Shown here in pieces: positions 1-9,070 of a stretch of DNA of 64,000 nucleotides. This stretch comes from Planctomycetota bacterium. GTDB taxonomy: Bacteria > Planctomycetota > MHYJ01 > WSZJ01. The DNA is taken from contig JBBTCT010000012.1 of assembly GCA_038060895.1 (NCBI GenBank), positions 41,699-105,698 on the forward strand, written 5' to 3'. Each line of letters opens with the position of its first letter. The stretch's first letter is position 1. A model generated the notes under the pieces. The model saw only the letters and a list, made by a program, of their open reading frames with translations. It did not search any database and had not been told where the DNA came from. The position numbers and the translations under genes were made by a program.

Positions 1-123
1 GCTGAGCCCGGTCTGGTCGAGCCCGGAGACCTCGAGGCCGTCGGAACGGGCCGGGATTTCTTCGTCCTGATCGACCCTGTCACCCGGAGGCAGGTCGCCC
101 GCTACGGAGACCCTTCGCGCTAA
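1..123 (+). CDS. 3' end of a gene entering the window (partial, unknown product)
   Basis: Frame 1 is open from base 1 to TAA 121-123 (AEPGLVEPGDLEAVGTGRDFFVLIDPVTRRQVARYGDPSR*), 10 nt before the next ATG. Confidence 0.5.
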   Translation, partial: AEPGLVEPGDLEAVGTGRDFFVLIDPVTRRQVARYGDPSR

Positions 124-133
124 CGCGCTCCCC

Positions 134-991
134 ATGTCCGACGCGGTCATCGAGACTCAGAATCTCTCGAAGGTCTTCACGAACTTCTGGGGCCGGAAGA
201 AACACAAGGCGGTGGACTGCCTGAATCTCCGGGTGGAACGCGGCGAGGTGTTCGGGTTTCTGGGCCCGAACGGAAGCGGCAAGACGACGACGATGAAAAT
301 GCTGCTGGGGCTGCTTTACCCGACGAGCGGGGCGGCGAGCGTGCTTGGTAAGGACCCGACGCACATCGGAACCAAGGAGCGGATCGGGTTTCTGCCCGAG
401 GAGTCCTACCTCTACAAGTTCCTCACCGCGGTTGAGACGCTTGATTTCTACGGCAAGCTCTTCGGAATGCCGCGGTCCCTTCGAAAGGAGCGCGCGGAGA
501 AGCTGCTCGACCAGGTCGGGCTGAAGGAAGCGAAGAACCGCCCCGTGCGCGAGTATTCAAAAGGAATGGCCCGGCGCGTCGGGCTGGCGCAAGCGCTGAT
601 CAACGATCCCGAGGTGATCTTCCTCGACGAGCCGACGTCGGGCCTCGACCCGATCGTGTCGCGCCAGGTGAAGGACCTGATCCTCGAGCTGAAGCGGCAG
701 GGAAAGACGGTGTTCATGTCGAGCCACCTGCTCGCGGACATCGAGGACGTCTGCGACCGCGTCGGGATCATGTACAACGGCCAGCTCCGCGCGATGGGAT
801 CGCTGAAGGAAATGATCAGGATCCCGGACAAGACGCAGTTCCTCGTTCACGGGCTTGAGAGCGAGAGGCGGCTTGAGGTCGCGCAGGCCATCGAGGCGGC
901 GGGTGGGCTGCTCGAGGACATCACGGAGCCGCGGAGGTCGCTGGAAGAGCTGTTCCTGTCGATCATCGGGAAGCGCAAGGAAGAGAATTAG
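134..991 (+). CDS. ABC-2 type transporter ATP-binding protein
   Basis: Walker A GPNGSGKT, signature YSKGM, Walker B IFLDEP, H-loop SSH. Confidence 0.95.
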   Translation: MSDAVIETQNLSKVFTNFWGRKKHKAVDCLNLRVERGEVFGFLGPNGSGKTTTMKMLLGLLYPTSGAASVLGKDPTHIGTKERIGFLPEESYLYKFLTAVETLDFYGKLFGMPRSLRKERAEKLLDQVGLKEAKNRPVREYSKGMARRVGLAQALINDPEVIFLDEPTSGLDPIVSRQVKDLILELKRQGKTVFMSSHLLADIEDVCDRVGIMYNGQLRAMGSLKEMIRIPDKTQFLVHGLESERRLEVAQAIEAAGGLLEDITEPRRSLEELFLSIIGKRKEEN

Positions 992-994
992 CGG

Positions 995-2446
995 ATGAAG
1001 CAGCGCCTCGCATCGCTTGCATTGGGCTTGCGGCGCTCGCCGCTCGGCGCGGTCGGGGCGCTGTCGGGCCTGACGATGCGCGAGTCGGTGAGGAAAAAAG
1101 TCTTCATTCTTCTCGTCGTGTTCACGCTGGTCATGCTCGGGGCCACCGCCCTGCTGCCGTCGATCCGCCCCGAGGACCGCGTTCTGCTGATCGAAACCTG
1201 GGCCCAGCGCGCCATCACATTCTTCGGCGTGCTCATCGCCGTCTTTCTCGCCGGCGTTTCGCTCCCCGACGACATCGAGGAACGGCGCGTCTTCACACTT
1301 CTCACGAAACCGCTCGCGCGCTGGCAGCTCCTCGCGGGCCGCTTCGCTGGGTTCGCCTCCCTTCTCGCCGTCTTCGCCATCGCCGCCTTCGCCATCTGCG
1401 CGGTCTTCGTCCGGATCGTCGCGCACGGCGGCAAGGGAACGCTCGCCTCGCACTCCGAGATCGAGGCCCGGGAAGTCCGCATCGAAGAGGAGGACGGGCA
1501 GTCAAAGGTCGAGGCGCGCTCGACCGAAGCGGATCCGCTGATCGGGATCGTGGCCGGAGGCGGCCAGACGATCGCTTTCTGGGCGTTCCGCGGCGTCGAT
1601 CTCACGGATCTTCCCGAGACCGTCACGGCGCGATGCACTCTCGAGGTCCAGGGACAGGCGATGATGAGCTTCGGAGAACTGGAGATATTCCTGCGTCCCC
1701 TGTCGCGCGACGTCCCCGCGGCCGAGGCCGCCGCCATGGGCTGGAACGTCCGCTTCGTCAAGGAGCCCGACCCCAACGCGAAGCCGGACGATCCCCTGCC
1801 GTTCCGTCTCGCCACGCGCAAGATCGTCGCCAAGCACATGGTCCCCTTCGAGATCCAGTTCCCGCGCGGCTGGTTCGGCGAAACGGGCGGCCTGGACATC
1901 GCGGTCAAACGCGCAAAGCCGAACCTGACGCTGAGCGTGCGGCCGAAAAGCGTCCTGGTGCGGTCCTCGCCGCACAATTTCGAGTGGAACTTCGCCAAGG
2001 CGATTGCCTTCACGTACCTGCTCTGGATGGTCGTGCTGGCCATCACCATCGCCGGGTCCACCGTCCTGTCCGCGCCCGTCAACCTCCTCTTCGGCCTCTC
2101 CGTGTTCGTCACCGGCTCAATGGTCGGCTACGTGCGCGAAAGCCTGCCGACCGTCGCGGAACGGATCAAAGTGGCGGAAGAGGCGGCCGTGGACGACGGG
2201 CACGGCCATGACCACGGCGGAGGCGGCGACTTCCCTGTCCCGGTCCTGCGCTTCTCCCAGTTCGTCTCGAAGATCTCCCTGCGGGCGATTCCCGACCTGA
2301 ACGAGTTCGACGCGGCGACGCCGATCCTCAAGGGCGTGGATATCGAAAGCGGCAAACTCTTCGAGGGATTCAAGTTCGCCCTCGTCTACGTCGTCGGCGC
2401 ACTACTCGCCGGTCTCGCCTTCCTGCGAATGAGGGAATTCCGATGA
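995..2446 (+). CDS. ABC-2 type transporter permease with large extracytoplasmic insert
   Basis: Several TM segments, DIEERRVFTLLTKPLARWQLLAGRF permease motif, directly follows the ATPase. Confidence 0.85.
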   Translation: MKQRLASLALGLRRSPLGAVGALSGLTMRESVRKKVFILLVVFTLVMLGATALLPSIRPEDRVLLIETWAQRAITFFGVLIAVFLAGVSLPDDIEERRVFTLLTKPLARWQLLAGRFAGFASLLAVFAIAAFAICAVFVRIVAHGGKGTLASHSEIEAREVRIEEEDGQSKVEARSTEADPLIGIVAGGGQTIAFWAFRGVDLTDLPETVTARCTLEVQGQAMMSFGELEIFLRPLSRDVPAAEAAAMGWNVRFVKEPDPNAKPDDPLPFRLATRKIVAKHMVPFEIQFPRGWFGETGGLDIAVKRAKPNLTLSVRPKSVLVRSSPHNFEWNFAKAIAFTYLLWMVVLAITIAGSTVLSAPVNLLFGLSVFVTGSMVGYVRESLPTVAERIKVAEEAAVDDGHGHDHGGGGDFPVPVLRFSQFVSKISLRAIPDLNEFDAATPILKGVDIESGKLFEGFKFALVYVVGALLAGLAFLRMREFR

Positions 2447-3705
2447 AGCGCTTCCTGACAATTCTCACCGCCGCCGCGCTGCTGGCCGCGGTGCACTTTT
2501 CACAGCAGAAGCTGGACGCGATGCCGGAGAAAAAGGAGCTCGCGGCGACGAACCCGTTCGGCAAGTTGCCTCCCGCGCAATACATGGCGGAGTACACGGC
2601 ATCGATGCTGATGGGCGGCATGCGCGCGGTCGCAATCGACTACCTGTGGATCCAGTACGGGAAGGCGGAGAAGGCGCGCAACTACGTCGAGGTGAACGCG
2701 ATCCTCGAGATGCTGCTTACGCTTCAGCCAAGTTTCGCCGAAATCTGGAACCACCTCGCGTGGGCGAAGGCCTACAACATCGCGGCGCAACAGGAGAACG
2801 AAGAAGACCGCTGGCGATGGGTGAAGAGCGGGCTGGAGGACTCGGACCAGGCCGTCCAGCGCAATCCCACGAGCGAGAAGCTGCTCTTCAACAAGGGCTA
2901 CATGCTCTACCACCGCCTCCCGCAGGAGCGGATGCTGATGGACCGCTATCGCGAGTGGAAAGGAAACGATTGTTTCGGAGACGCGGCGCACACGTTGCGC
3001 GACGCGATCCTGCTCGCGCAATCCAAGGGCATCAGCAACACGGTTCCTCCGTCGGACGGGATGATGCAGGACGCGTATTTGCGGTGGGCGCACACCTTGA
3101 TGAAGCGAGGCGAGTTCGCCCGGGCGCGGGAGACGCTCGGCGAGGGCCTGGACATGTGCGAGAAACTCATGGCCCGGAGTGCGAACACGGACATCAACAA
3201 GAAAATGAACGGCCTGTTCAGCGACCTGGTCCAGCCGTACACGCTCGAGGAGGAATTCGCGCTCCGCCTGCGCGAAGGTCGGGACATCGACGAAGTCCGT
3301 GTGAGCCTCCTGGAAACCTATGTCCTGCTGGAGAAGAAGTACTCCCTGGCCAAGGGAATCGAGGAGCGGATCGTTGACCTGACGGACGGGCCCGTCTCCA
3401 GGGCATTCCGCCTGGCGGAAGACGGGAAAGCCTCGGACGGCGCCGACTTCCTCGGGAAGACCCTGCTCCCGCTGTATTCCGACCTGGCCGTCCGCGACGA
3501 CCAGAGCGAGAACATCTTCTGGTCGCAGATGGTCCGCTTCGTCCAGCAGATCCAGGCGGGACTGCGCTTCGAGGGCGACGGCAAGAAGGAGGAAGCGCTG
3601 AAGAAGTATGACGACATCATGGAGGAATTCCGCTACAACCTGCCCGGTGAGGCGCCGCAATGGCCGCTGATCGAGCGGCATGCCGGGCGGCTCCGGGGAC
3701 GCTGA
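2443..3705 (+). CDS. Membrane-anchored helical/TPR-like protein (planctomycete 'IRE'-like family usually next to ABC permeases)
   Basis: N-terminal hydrophobic anchor; GGMRAVAIDYLW...LQPSF..IW...AYNI...RWRWVKSG pattern; ATGA overlap with the permease. Confidence 0.65.
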   Translation: MKRFLTILTAAALLAAVHFSQQKLDAMPEKKELAATNPFGKLPPAQYMAEYTASMLMGGMRAVAIDYLWIQYGKAEKARNYVEVNAILEMLLTLQPSFAEIWNHLAWAKAYNIAAQQENEEDRWRWVKSGLEDSDQAVQRNPTSEKLLFNKGYMLYHRLPQERMLMDRYREWKGNDCFGDAAHTLRDAILLAQSKGISNTVPPSDGMMQDAYLRWAHTLMKRGEFARARETLGEGLDMCEKLMARSANTDINKKMNGLFSDLVQPYTLEEEFALRLREGRDIDEVRVSLLETYVLLEKKYSLAKGIEERIVDLTDGPVSRAFRLAEDGKASDGADFLGKTLLPLYSDLAVRDDQSENIFWSQMVRFVQQIQAGLRFEGDGKKEEALKKYDDIMEEFRYNLPGEAPQWPLIERHAGRLRGR

Positions 3706-3750
3706 GAGGAGGTCAAGATTCCGAGGAAGGACGAAGCCCGCGAGACGGCC

Positions 3751-4086
3751 GTGGAGTGTGCGCGGATCGCTGAGGCGAAAAAGGCGACGGACATCCTGGT
3801 TCTGGACATCAGGAAGATCGCATTCATTGCGGACTATTTTGTCATTGCGAGCGGCAACAACAGCAAGCAGCTGCAGGCGATCGCGGACGACATTTCAAAG
3901 ACGCTGAAGGGGCAGGGCCGGAAGCGCGTCGGGCTGGCGGGGTACGACGCGGGAGCGTGGGTCCTGGTTGACTTTGGCGACGTGGTGATTCACCTGTTCC
4001 ACGAGGAGATGCGCCGCTACTACGAGCTGGAGAATTTCTGGGCGGATGCCGCGCGCGTGCGCTGGCATGGAAAGGAAGAAAGCTAA
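3751..4086 (+). CDS. rsfS: Ribosome silencing factor RsfS (Iojap)
   Basis: KKATDILVLD..DYFVIASG..WVLVDFGDVVIHLF..RRYYELENFW motif set. Confidence 0.95.
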   Translation: MECARIAEAKKATDILVLDIRKIAFIADYFVIASGNNSKQLQAIADDISKTLKGQGRKRVGLAGYDAGAWVLVDFGDVVIHLFHEEMRRYYELENFWADAARVRWHGKEES

Positions 4087-4087
4087 G

Positions 4088-4115
4088 CCCTTTGACGCGC
4101 TTCGCTCGCCCAGGG
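4088..4115. repeat. Short REP-like hairpin (CCCT...GCTTCGCTCGC...AGGG)
   Basis: CCCT/AGGG termini around a GCTTCGCTCGC core just after the rsfS stop; the core resembles the GAGCGAGCGAAG motif of the 15128 element. Confidence 0.3.
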
Positions 4116-4166
4116 TGGACGGGCGCTGGCTGCGGCGGGATTTCGCAATTCCGGTAGAATCGGGGC

Positions 4167-4784
4167 GTGACGCTCTTCTCCTCGCGCCTTCTTGCGCTTG
4201 GCGCGTGCCTCCTCTTCACGGGGTGCGGCTACGTCCGCGATCGCGTACGCGACGCCGAGGACCTGTTCCATTTCGACGTGTCCCTGGGCCCGCAGATCGG
4301 GGGAAGCATCCGTCTGACGCACCTTCTCCAGGCGGGGATCCAGTTCGAGGGAGCGAAGACGGGACAGGGGCCGGAGGACGCGGAGTTCGAAACGGGGCAC
4401 ATCGCCTGGAACGGCCGCTGGGCGGGCATCTACAAGCGGCGCGGGTGGGAGCGCGGGATCGGTCCGGAGTCGATCGGGCCGAAGCTATACAAGCGCGAGT
4501 ACACGGCCGAGTACGAAGAGGAATACCGCGACCAGCCACGCACGGCGGACGAGATCGGGATCTCGCTGGCCATCGTCGTCGTCGGATTCGAAATCGGGAT
4601 TCGCCCGGTCGAGATGTTCGACTTCATCACCGGATTTTTCGGGGTCGACATCCTGAAGGACGACGGGCGCCCCGAAGTACGCGAAGATGCGGAGACGTGG
4701 CTGAAGGAAGAGGAGAAGCGGGACGGGAGCGAGGAAGAAGAAATCTGGAGGCCGCGGCCGAAGCCGGACGCGCCGGCGAAATAA
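4167..4784 (+). CDS. Putative lipoprotein, unknown function
   Basis: Lipobox-like FTGC after a hydrophobic stretch; GTG start 6 nt after TAGAAT. Confidence 0.7.
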   Translation: MTLFSSRLLALGACLLFTGCGYVRDRVRDAEDLFHFDVSLGPQIGGSIRLTHLLQAGIQFEGAKTGQGPEDAEFETGHIAWNGRWAGIYKRRGWERGIGPESIGPKLYKREYTAEYEEEYRDQPRTADEIGISLAIVVVGFEIGIRPVEMFDFITGFFGVDILKDDGRPEVREDAETWLKEEEKRDGSEEEEIWRPRPKPDAPAK

Positions 4785-4844
4785 ACGCCGGTTCCGACCC
4801 CCCGCCTTGCGCATCCCCCTTCACCGGATACCATCTCCCCTCCC

Positions 4845-5204
4845 ATGGTGGAACCCGTCGCACCCATTGCTCCCGAGCCCGCCCCGCCCGTCAGCAAAAT
4901 CACGCTCGCGGGTGTCGGCCTCTTCGTCCTGGCTCTCGTCGTGCTGCTGCTCGTGATCCCCGACGCGCAGCCGGCCGTGCTTCCGCAGGAGACCGACCCG
5001 GGAAAAATGTACGCGGTGAGCTGCGCGGCCTGCCACGGCGCGGCCGGGGAAGGAAAGGGACCGTTTCCGAAGATCACCGGCACGTTGAAAACGGAGCCGG
5101 AAATCCTGCAACTCCTCGAAAACGGCAAGGACAAAATGCCGCGCTTCGACGCAACTCCGGAACAGCGCGCGGCGATGGCGAGATTCGTCAAGGGGCTGAA
5201 ATAG
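4845..5204 (+). CDS. Membrane-anchored mono-heme c-type cytochrome
   Basis: TM helix, CAACH heme motif, distal KMP Met ligand. Confidence 0.85.
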   Translation: MVEPVAPIAPEPAPPVSKITLAGVGLFVLALVVLLLVIPDAQPAVLPQETDPGKMYAVSCAACHGAAGEGKGPFPKITGTLKTEPEILQLLENGKDKMPRFDATPEQRAAMARFVKGLK

Positions 5205-5264
5205 CCTCATCGAAGTTCTTTCCGCGTCGCGCTGCCTCGCGTATCTTGCCGCGCCTCAACCCTC

Positions 5265-5960
5265 ATGTTCGGAGCGCGCCGCATGCCGAAGTTCCTCCTG
5301 GTCTGCTCGACGGTCCTCGCTTCCCTCCTCGCGGCCGGCTGCAGCTCTTCGGCGCCGCGAGCCTCTGCCGCGAACGGTCCGGCGGTGGGTCCCAATGCGA
5401 CGGCGGCGCTTGTGGGAGGACCCGGGGGACAAATCCGGGTGGGCGGAAAGTACTGGGCGCGGACGAATCTCCGGATCGTGGGAGGGAAGCAGATTGACCA
5501 TGAATCCTGGGTGACTGGGGATCTCGTGACCATGGGGACGGCGATGACGGTGATGGAGACGGCGAAGGACGACACGCGGTGGCGCGTGAAGTTTGACGAC
5601 GGGCGCGAAGTCTGGATCTTTGTGGGCTACGGCGCGGGATTCAAGGACCAGTACCAGGAGATCCAGAAGTTCCTGGCGGCGCAGGACCCGAAGGCCGATT
5701 TCGACGCGGGATCAGGGGACATCGCCGACGGAATCAAGTTCGGCCGGCCGGTCGTGGGAATGTCGCGCGCCCAGGTGCTGGCCGCCTGCGGCTTCCCGCC
5801 GAAAGTTACCGACCCGGCGACGTCGGACCAGTGGCGCTATCCCCAGCTCGGCGCCGGGTGGCGGACTCATGGCTGGTTCCGTGGGTACAACCAGCACAAC
5901 GTGACGCTGGAGTTCTCCGGGGAAAAGGTCGTGCGCGTTCTTGGACTGGAGCTCGAGTAA
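5265..5960 (+). CDS. Lipoprotein with C-terminal SmpA/OmlA(BamE)-like domain
   Basis: AAGC lipobox; GMSRAQVLAACGFP...QWRY...LEFSGEKVVRV pattern; start may be ATG 5283. Confidence 0.65.
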   Translation: MFGARRMPKFLLVCSTVLASLLAAGCSSSAPRASAANGPAVGPNATAALVGGPGGQIRVGGKYWARTNLRIVGGKQIDHESWVTGDLVTMGTAMTVMETAKDDTRWRVKFDDGREVWIFVGYGAGFKDQYQEIQKFLAAQDPKADFDAGSGDIADGIKFGRPVVGMSRAQVLAACGFPPKVTDPATSDQWRYPQLGAGWRTHGWFRGYNQHNVTLEFSGEKVVRVLGLELE

Positions 5961-5967
5961 GACGGAA

Positions 5968-6066
5968 GCGGGCCGGCGGGCGAGCGGGCCGGCGGGCGAA
6001 CGACAAGACTGCGATGCGCGGCTCGATGGAGTATTCTCTTGCCCGCACGCCCGCCTGCCCGCGCGC
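5968..6066. repeat. Inverted element of 8-nt tandem units (GCGGGCNN / NNGCCCGC)
   Basis: gcgggccggcgggcgagcgggccggcgggcga, then a ~36-nt spacer, then ttgcccgcacgcccgcctgcccgc. Confidence 0.7.
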
Positions 6067-6084
6067 GCGAAGCGCGCTGGTTTC

Positions 6085-6112
6085 TTGACACGCATTCGAC
6101 CCCGGTTATCCT
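6085..6112 (+). promoter_or_regulatory. sigma70-type promoter of the atp operon
   Basis: TTGACA-N16-TATCCT, 26 nt upstream of the atpZ start. Confidence 0.65.
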
Positions 6113-6138
6113 TCGCGCGACTCCAAGGCGGCGAGAGA

Positions 6139-6357
6139 ATGAACGACTGGACCCGCGAGTCTCTCAAGGTCATGGGGTTGATGTCGGGGGCGACCGTGAC
6201 GCTCGCTGTCACGACCGGCCTCGGGTACTGGGTCGGGCACCGCGCCGGTGTTAAGTGGGGCTTCGAGCCCTGGGGAACAGCAGCGGGCGTCCTTCTCGGC
6301 CTCGCCGCGGGGTTCGCGCAGATCTGGGACATCTATCGCCGGTTCCTGAAGCGATGA
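6139..6357 (+). CDS. atpZ: AtpZ/AtpI family (putative F0F1-ATPase subunit) membrane protein
   Basis: Two TM helices, GLGYW...PWG...GVLLGLAAGF pattern, first gene of the atp operon. Confidence 0.8.
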   Translation: MNDWTRESLKVMGLMSGATVTLAVTTGLGYWVGHRAGVKWGFEPWGTAAGVLLGLAAGFAQIWDIYRRFLKR

Positions 6358-6710
6358 TCGACCCCCTGATCCGCCGGATCTACACCACGGCCGCCGGGAT
6401 CGCGCTCGCCGCCACCGCGCTCTCCCTGATCTGGCTGGACCCGAGGGTTACCGCCGGGGTCGCTTCAGGCGTCGCCGTCAGCGTCGTCCCGCTCGTGACG
6501 TGGCACCTGATCGTGAGCCACGCCTCCGAGGACAGGGCGCGCCGCCGGCCGCTCGTGATCGCGCTGGTGCTGGTGAAGTACGCCGTTCTTGCGGGGGCGA
6601 TGTGGGCGCTGTTCCGGTTCCGGCTCGTCAACGAGTACGGTTTCGGCGCGGGGCTCGTCGCGGGGTCCATGGCCGTGCTGGGCGCTTTCACCGTGCGAAG
6701 GACACACTGA
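6354..6710 (+). CDS. atpI: ATP synthase protein I
   Basis: Four TM helices, KY motif, lies between atpZ and atpB, ATGA overlap. Confidence 0.8.
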   Translation: MIDPLIRRIYTTAAGIALAATALSLIWLDPRVTAGVASGVAVSVVPLVTWHLIVSHASEDRARRRPLVIALVLVKYAVLAGAMWALFRFRLVNEYGFGAGLVAGSMAVLGAFTVRRTH

Positions 6711-7574
6711 ATGGCAGGCGGCGTCGACCACCCCCCAAGCCTTTTCCATCCGGTCTGGGAAGCGATCACAGATCACGGCGAGCACGTGCCGGGGTGGCTG
6801 TCGTTCGGGGGCATGTTCGACTCGCATCAGTCAGAGATCTTTTTCGACGCGCTCCTGTGCAGCGCGATTGCGATTTCCGCGCTCATCGCCCTGGTCATGG
6901 CCGGGCGAAGCAGGCTAGAAAAAGTGCCGGGAAAAATGCAGAACGTCCTGGAGTGGGCGATCGAAAGCCTGCGCGGGCTGACCGTCGATCTGCTGGGGCC
7001 CGATGGGCCGCGCTACCTGCCCCTCATGGGCACCCTCTTCCTCTATATCTTCTTCAACAACCTCATCGGCCTCGTCCCCGGCCTCAAGTCGCCCACGATG
7101 ACCGTCTCCACGACCTTCGCCCTCGGCATCACGACCTTCATCTGCGTGCAGTCCATCGCCATCAAGGTCAACGGCCTTGCCGGTTACCTCAAGCACTTCA
7201 TGGGCGACATCCTCGCTCTCGCCCCGCTCATGTTCGTCATCCACATCGCGGGTGAAGTCGCCAAGCCGATGTCCCTCTCGCTGCGCCTCTTCGGCAACAT
7301 CTACGGCGAGGACAACATCATCGCCGTCCTGTTCAAGATGGGGTTCCCCGTCTGGCTCCCCGTCCACCTGCCGATGCTCGCCTTCGGCATTTTCACCGCC
7401 TTCCTTCAGGCCTTCATTTTCACCAGCCTGTCGTGCATCTACGTGCAGGGCTTCACCGAGCACGCGGGGCACGAGGAGCACGGACACGACCACGAACACG
7501 GCCATGATCACGGACACGCGCACGGGCAGGGGCACGGGCACGACCACGATCACGGAGTCGCTCACTCCCACTGA
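6711..7574 (+). CDS. atpB: F0F1 ATP synthase subunit a, with His-rich C-terminal tail
   Basis: NLIGLVPG, SLSLRLFGNI (essential Arg), LQAFIF motifs. Confidence 0.97.
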   Translation: MAGGVDHPPSLFHPVWEAITDHGEHVPGWLSFGGMFDSHQSEIFFDALLCSAIAISALIALVMAGRSRLEKVPGKMQNVLEWAIESLRGLTVDLLGPDGPRYLPLMGTLFLYIFFNNLIGLVPGLKSPTMTVSTTFALGITTFICVQSIAIKVNGLAGYLKHFMGDILALAPLMFVIHIAGEVAKPMSLSLRLFGNIYGEDNIIAVLFKMGFPVWLPVHLPMLAFGIFTAFLQAFIFTSLSCIYVQGFTEHAGHEEHGHDHEHGHDHGHAHGQGHGHDHDHGVAHSH

Positions 7575-7616
7575 AACTTTTCCGCCCCTTCGGGACACGC
7601 ATAGAGGAGACGCAGG

Positions 7617-7979
7617 ATGAAGAAGCTCGCGATGTTCGGTCTGGTGGTTTTCGCCGTTCTGCTGGTGGCCGCGCCGGCTTTTGCCGAGAGCGCTGAAGCG
7701 GGAGTCATGAAGCTCGACCCGAACGGCGAGGCGAAGGCGAAGTACGGCGGGTACGTGGCCATCGCCATGGGTTTCGGCCTCGCGATTGCCGCGGCGTTCG
7801 GCGCGCTCGGTCAGGCCAAGGCCATTGCGGCCGCGGTCGAGTCGATCGCCCGCCAGCCTGAGAAGGCCGGCGACATCCGCGGCGCCCTCATCATCGGGCT
7901 CGCGCTGATCGAGACGCTCGTGATCTACGTGCTGCTCATCTGCTTCTTCCTCAACGGCAAACTCCCCACGATCGCCTAG
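7617..7979 (+). CDS. atpE: F0F1 ATP synthase subunit c, with N-terminal signal-like extension
   Basis: ARQPE loop, IETLVIY ion-binding Glu; AGGAG RBS. Confidence 0.97.
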   Translation: MKKLAMFGLVVFAVLLVAAPAFAESAEAGVMKLDPNGEAKAKYGGYVAIAMGFGLAIAAAFGALGQAKAIAAAVESIARQPEKAGDIRGALIIGLALIETLVIYVLLICFFLNGKLPTIA

Positions 7980-7985
7980 AAGTCC

Positions 7986-8441
7986 ATGGACATCCTCAAG
8001 GACCTCGCAAAAGCGCTCGGCGTCAACCCCATCGTCGTCCTCATACAGATGGCGGGGTTCTGGGCGCTCTATTTCGTCCTCAAAAACCTGCTCTGGAAGC
8101 CGGTCGGCGACGTCATTGACGGTCGCGCCGGGGACTGGAAGCGGTCCGAGACGGAGATCGAGGCCTCGAGGGACATCCGTGGAAAGCTGGAAGCGGACTA
8201 CACGGGGAAGATGGCCGTGATCGAGCGGCAGGCGTACGAGAAGCTCACCGGGATCGTGAAGGAAGGCGTCGCCGGACGGGCCGACAGCCTCGTGAAAGCC
8301 CAGGACGAAGCGACGAAGTCCGTGTCCGAGGCGCAGGCCGCGATCCGCGGCGAGCGCGACAAGGCGATTCGTGAAGCGGGCCCGCAGGTGGATTCCCTTG
8401 CGAAGGAAGCGGCGGCCCGGGTGCTGGGGGTGAAGCTGTGA
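7986..8441 (+). CDS. atpF: F0F1 ATP synthase subunit b'
   Basis: N-terminal TM (LLWKPV) followed by coiled coil; operon position. Confidence 0.85.
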   Translation: MDILKDLAKALGVNPIVVLIQMAGFWALYFVLKNLLWKPVGDVIDGRAGDWKRSETEIEASRDIRGKLEADYTGKMAVIERQAYEKLTGIVKEGVAGRADSLVKAQDEATKSVSEAQAAIRGERDKAIREAGPQVDSLAKEAAARVLGVKL

Positions 8442-9070
8442 ACCGGAAATGGCTGCTGGCTGCGCTGCTCGTCCTTCCGCTCTTCGCGGCGCGGGGGCTT
8501 CCCGTGTCGGCGGAGCACTCGGACGCGGCGACACCGGTCGAGCAGCACGACAACATCCACCACGCCGGCTATTTCGAATTGAACGGCGGCCTGGTGAAAG
8601 TTCTGATCGTCCAGGTCATCGCCTTCGTTCTGCTTTATCTCGCGCTCAAGAAGTGGGCCTTCCCGGTCCTGGCCGGGATGTTGAAAGCCCGGGCGGACAA
8701 GATCCGTGACACGTATGCGAAGCTCGAGAAGGAAAAGGAAGAGCTCTCGCGCCTGACAAAGATGGCCCAGGAAAAACTGGCCGGGATCGAAAAGGAAGCG
8801 CAGGCCAAGGTCGATGCGGCGATCCGCGACGGGAACGCGCAGAAGGCGGCGATTCTCGAAGAGGCCGGCACGGCTGCGGCGCGCATCCTGGCGAAAGCGA
8901 AGTCGGAAATCGAGATGGAGCGCGCGAAGGCGATCGAGGAGATCCGGCAGGAAATGGTGCGGCTCTCGCTCGAGGCAGCCGAGCGGCTCGTGAAACAACA
9001 GCTGACTGCGTCGAAGCAGGAGGAGCTTGTCGAGCGCTTCATCGCCGGGATCGAGAAGGTGCGCGCATGA
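8438..9070 (+). CDS. atpF: F0F1 ATP synthase subunit b
   Basis: TM (LYLALKKWAFP) followed by a long coiled coil ending EELVERFI; signal-like N-terminus. Confidence 0.9.
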   Translation: MNRKWLLAALLVLPLFAARGLPVSAEHSDAATPVEQHDNIHHAGYFELNGGLVKVLIVQVIAFVLLYLALKKWAFPVLAGMLKARADKIRDTYAKLEKEKEELSRLTKMAQEKLAGIEKEAQAKVDAAIRDGNAQKAAILEEAGTAAARILAKAKSEIEMERAKAIEEIRQEMVRLSLEAAERLVKQQLTASKQEELVERFIAGIEKVRA

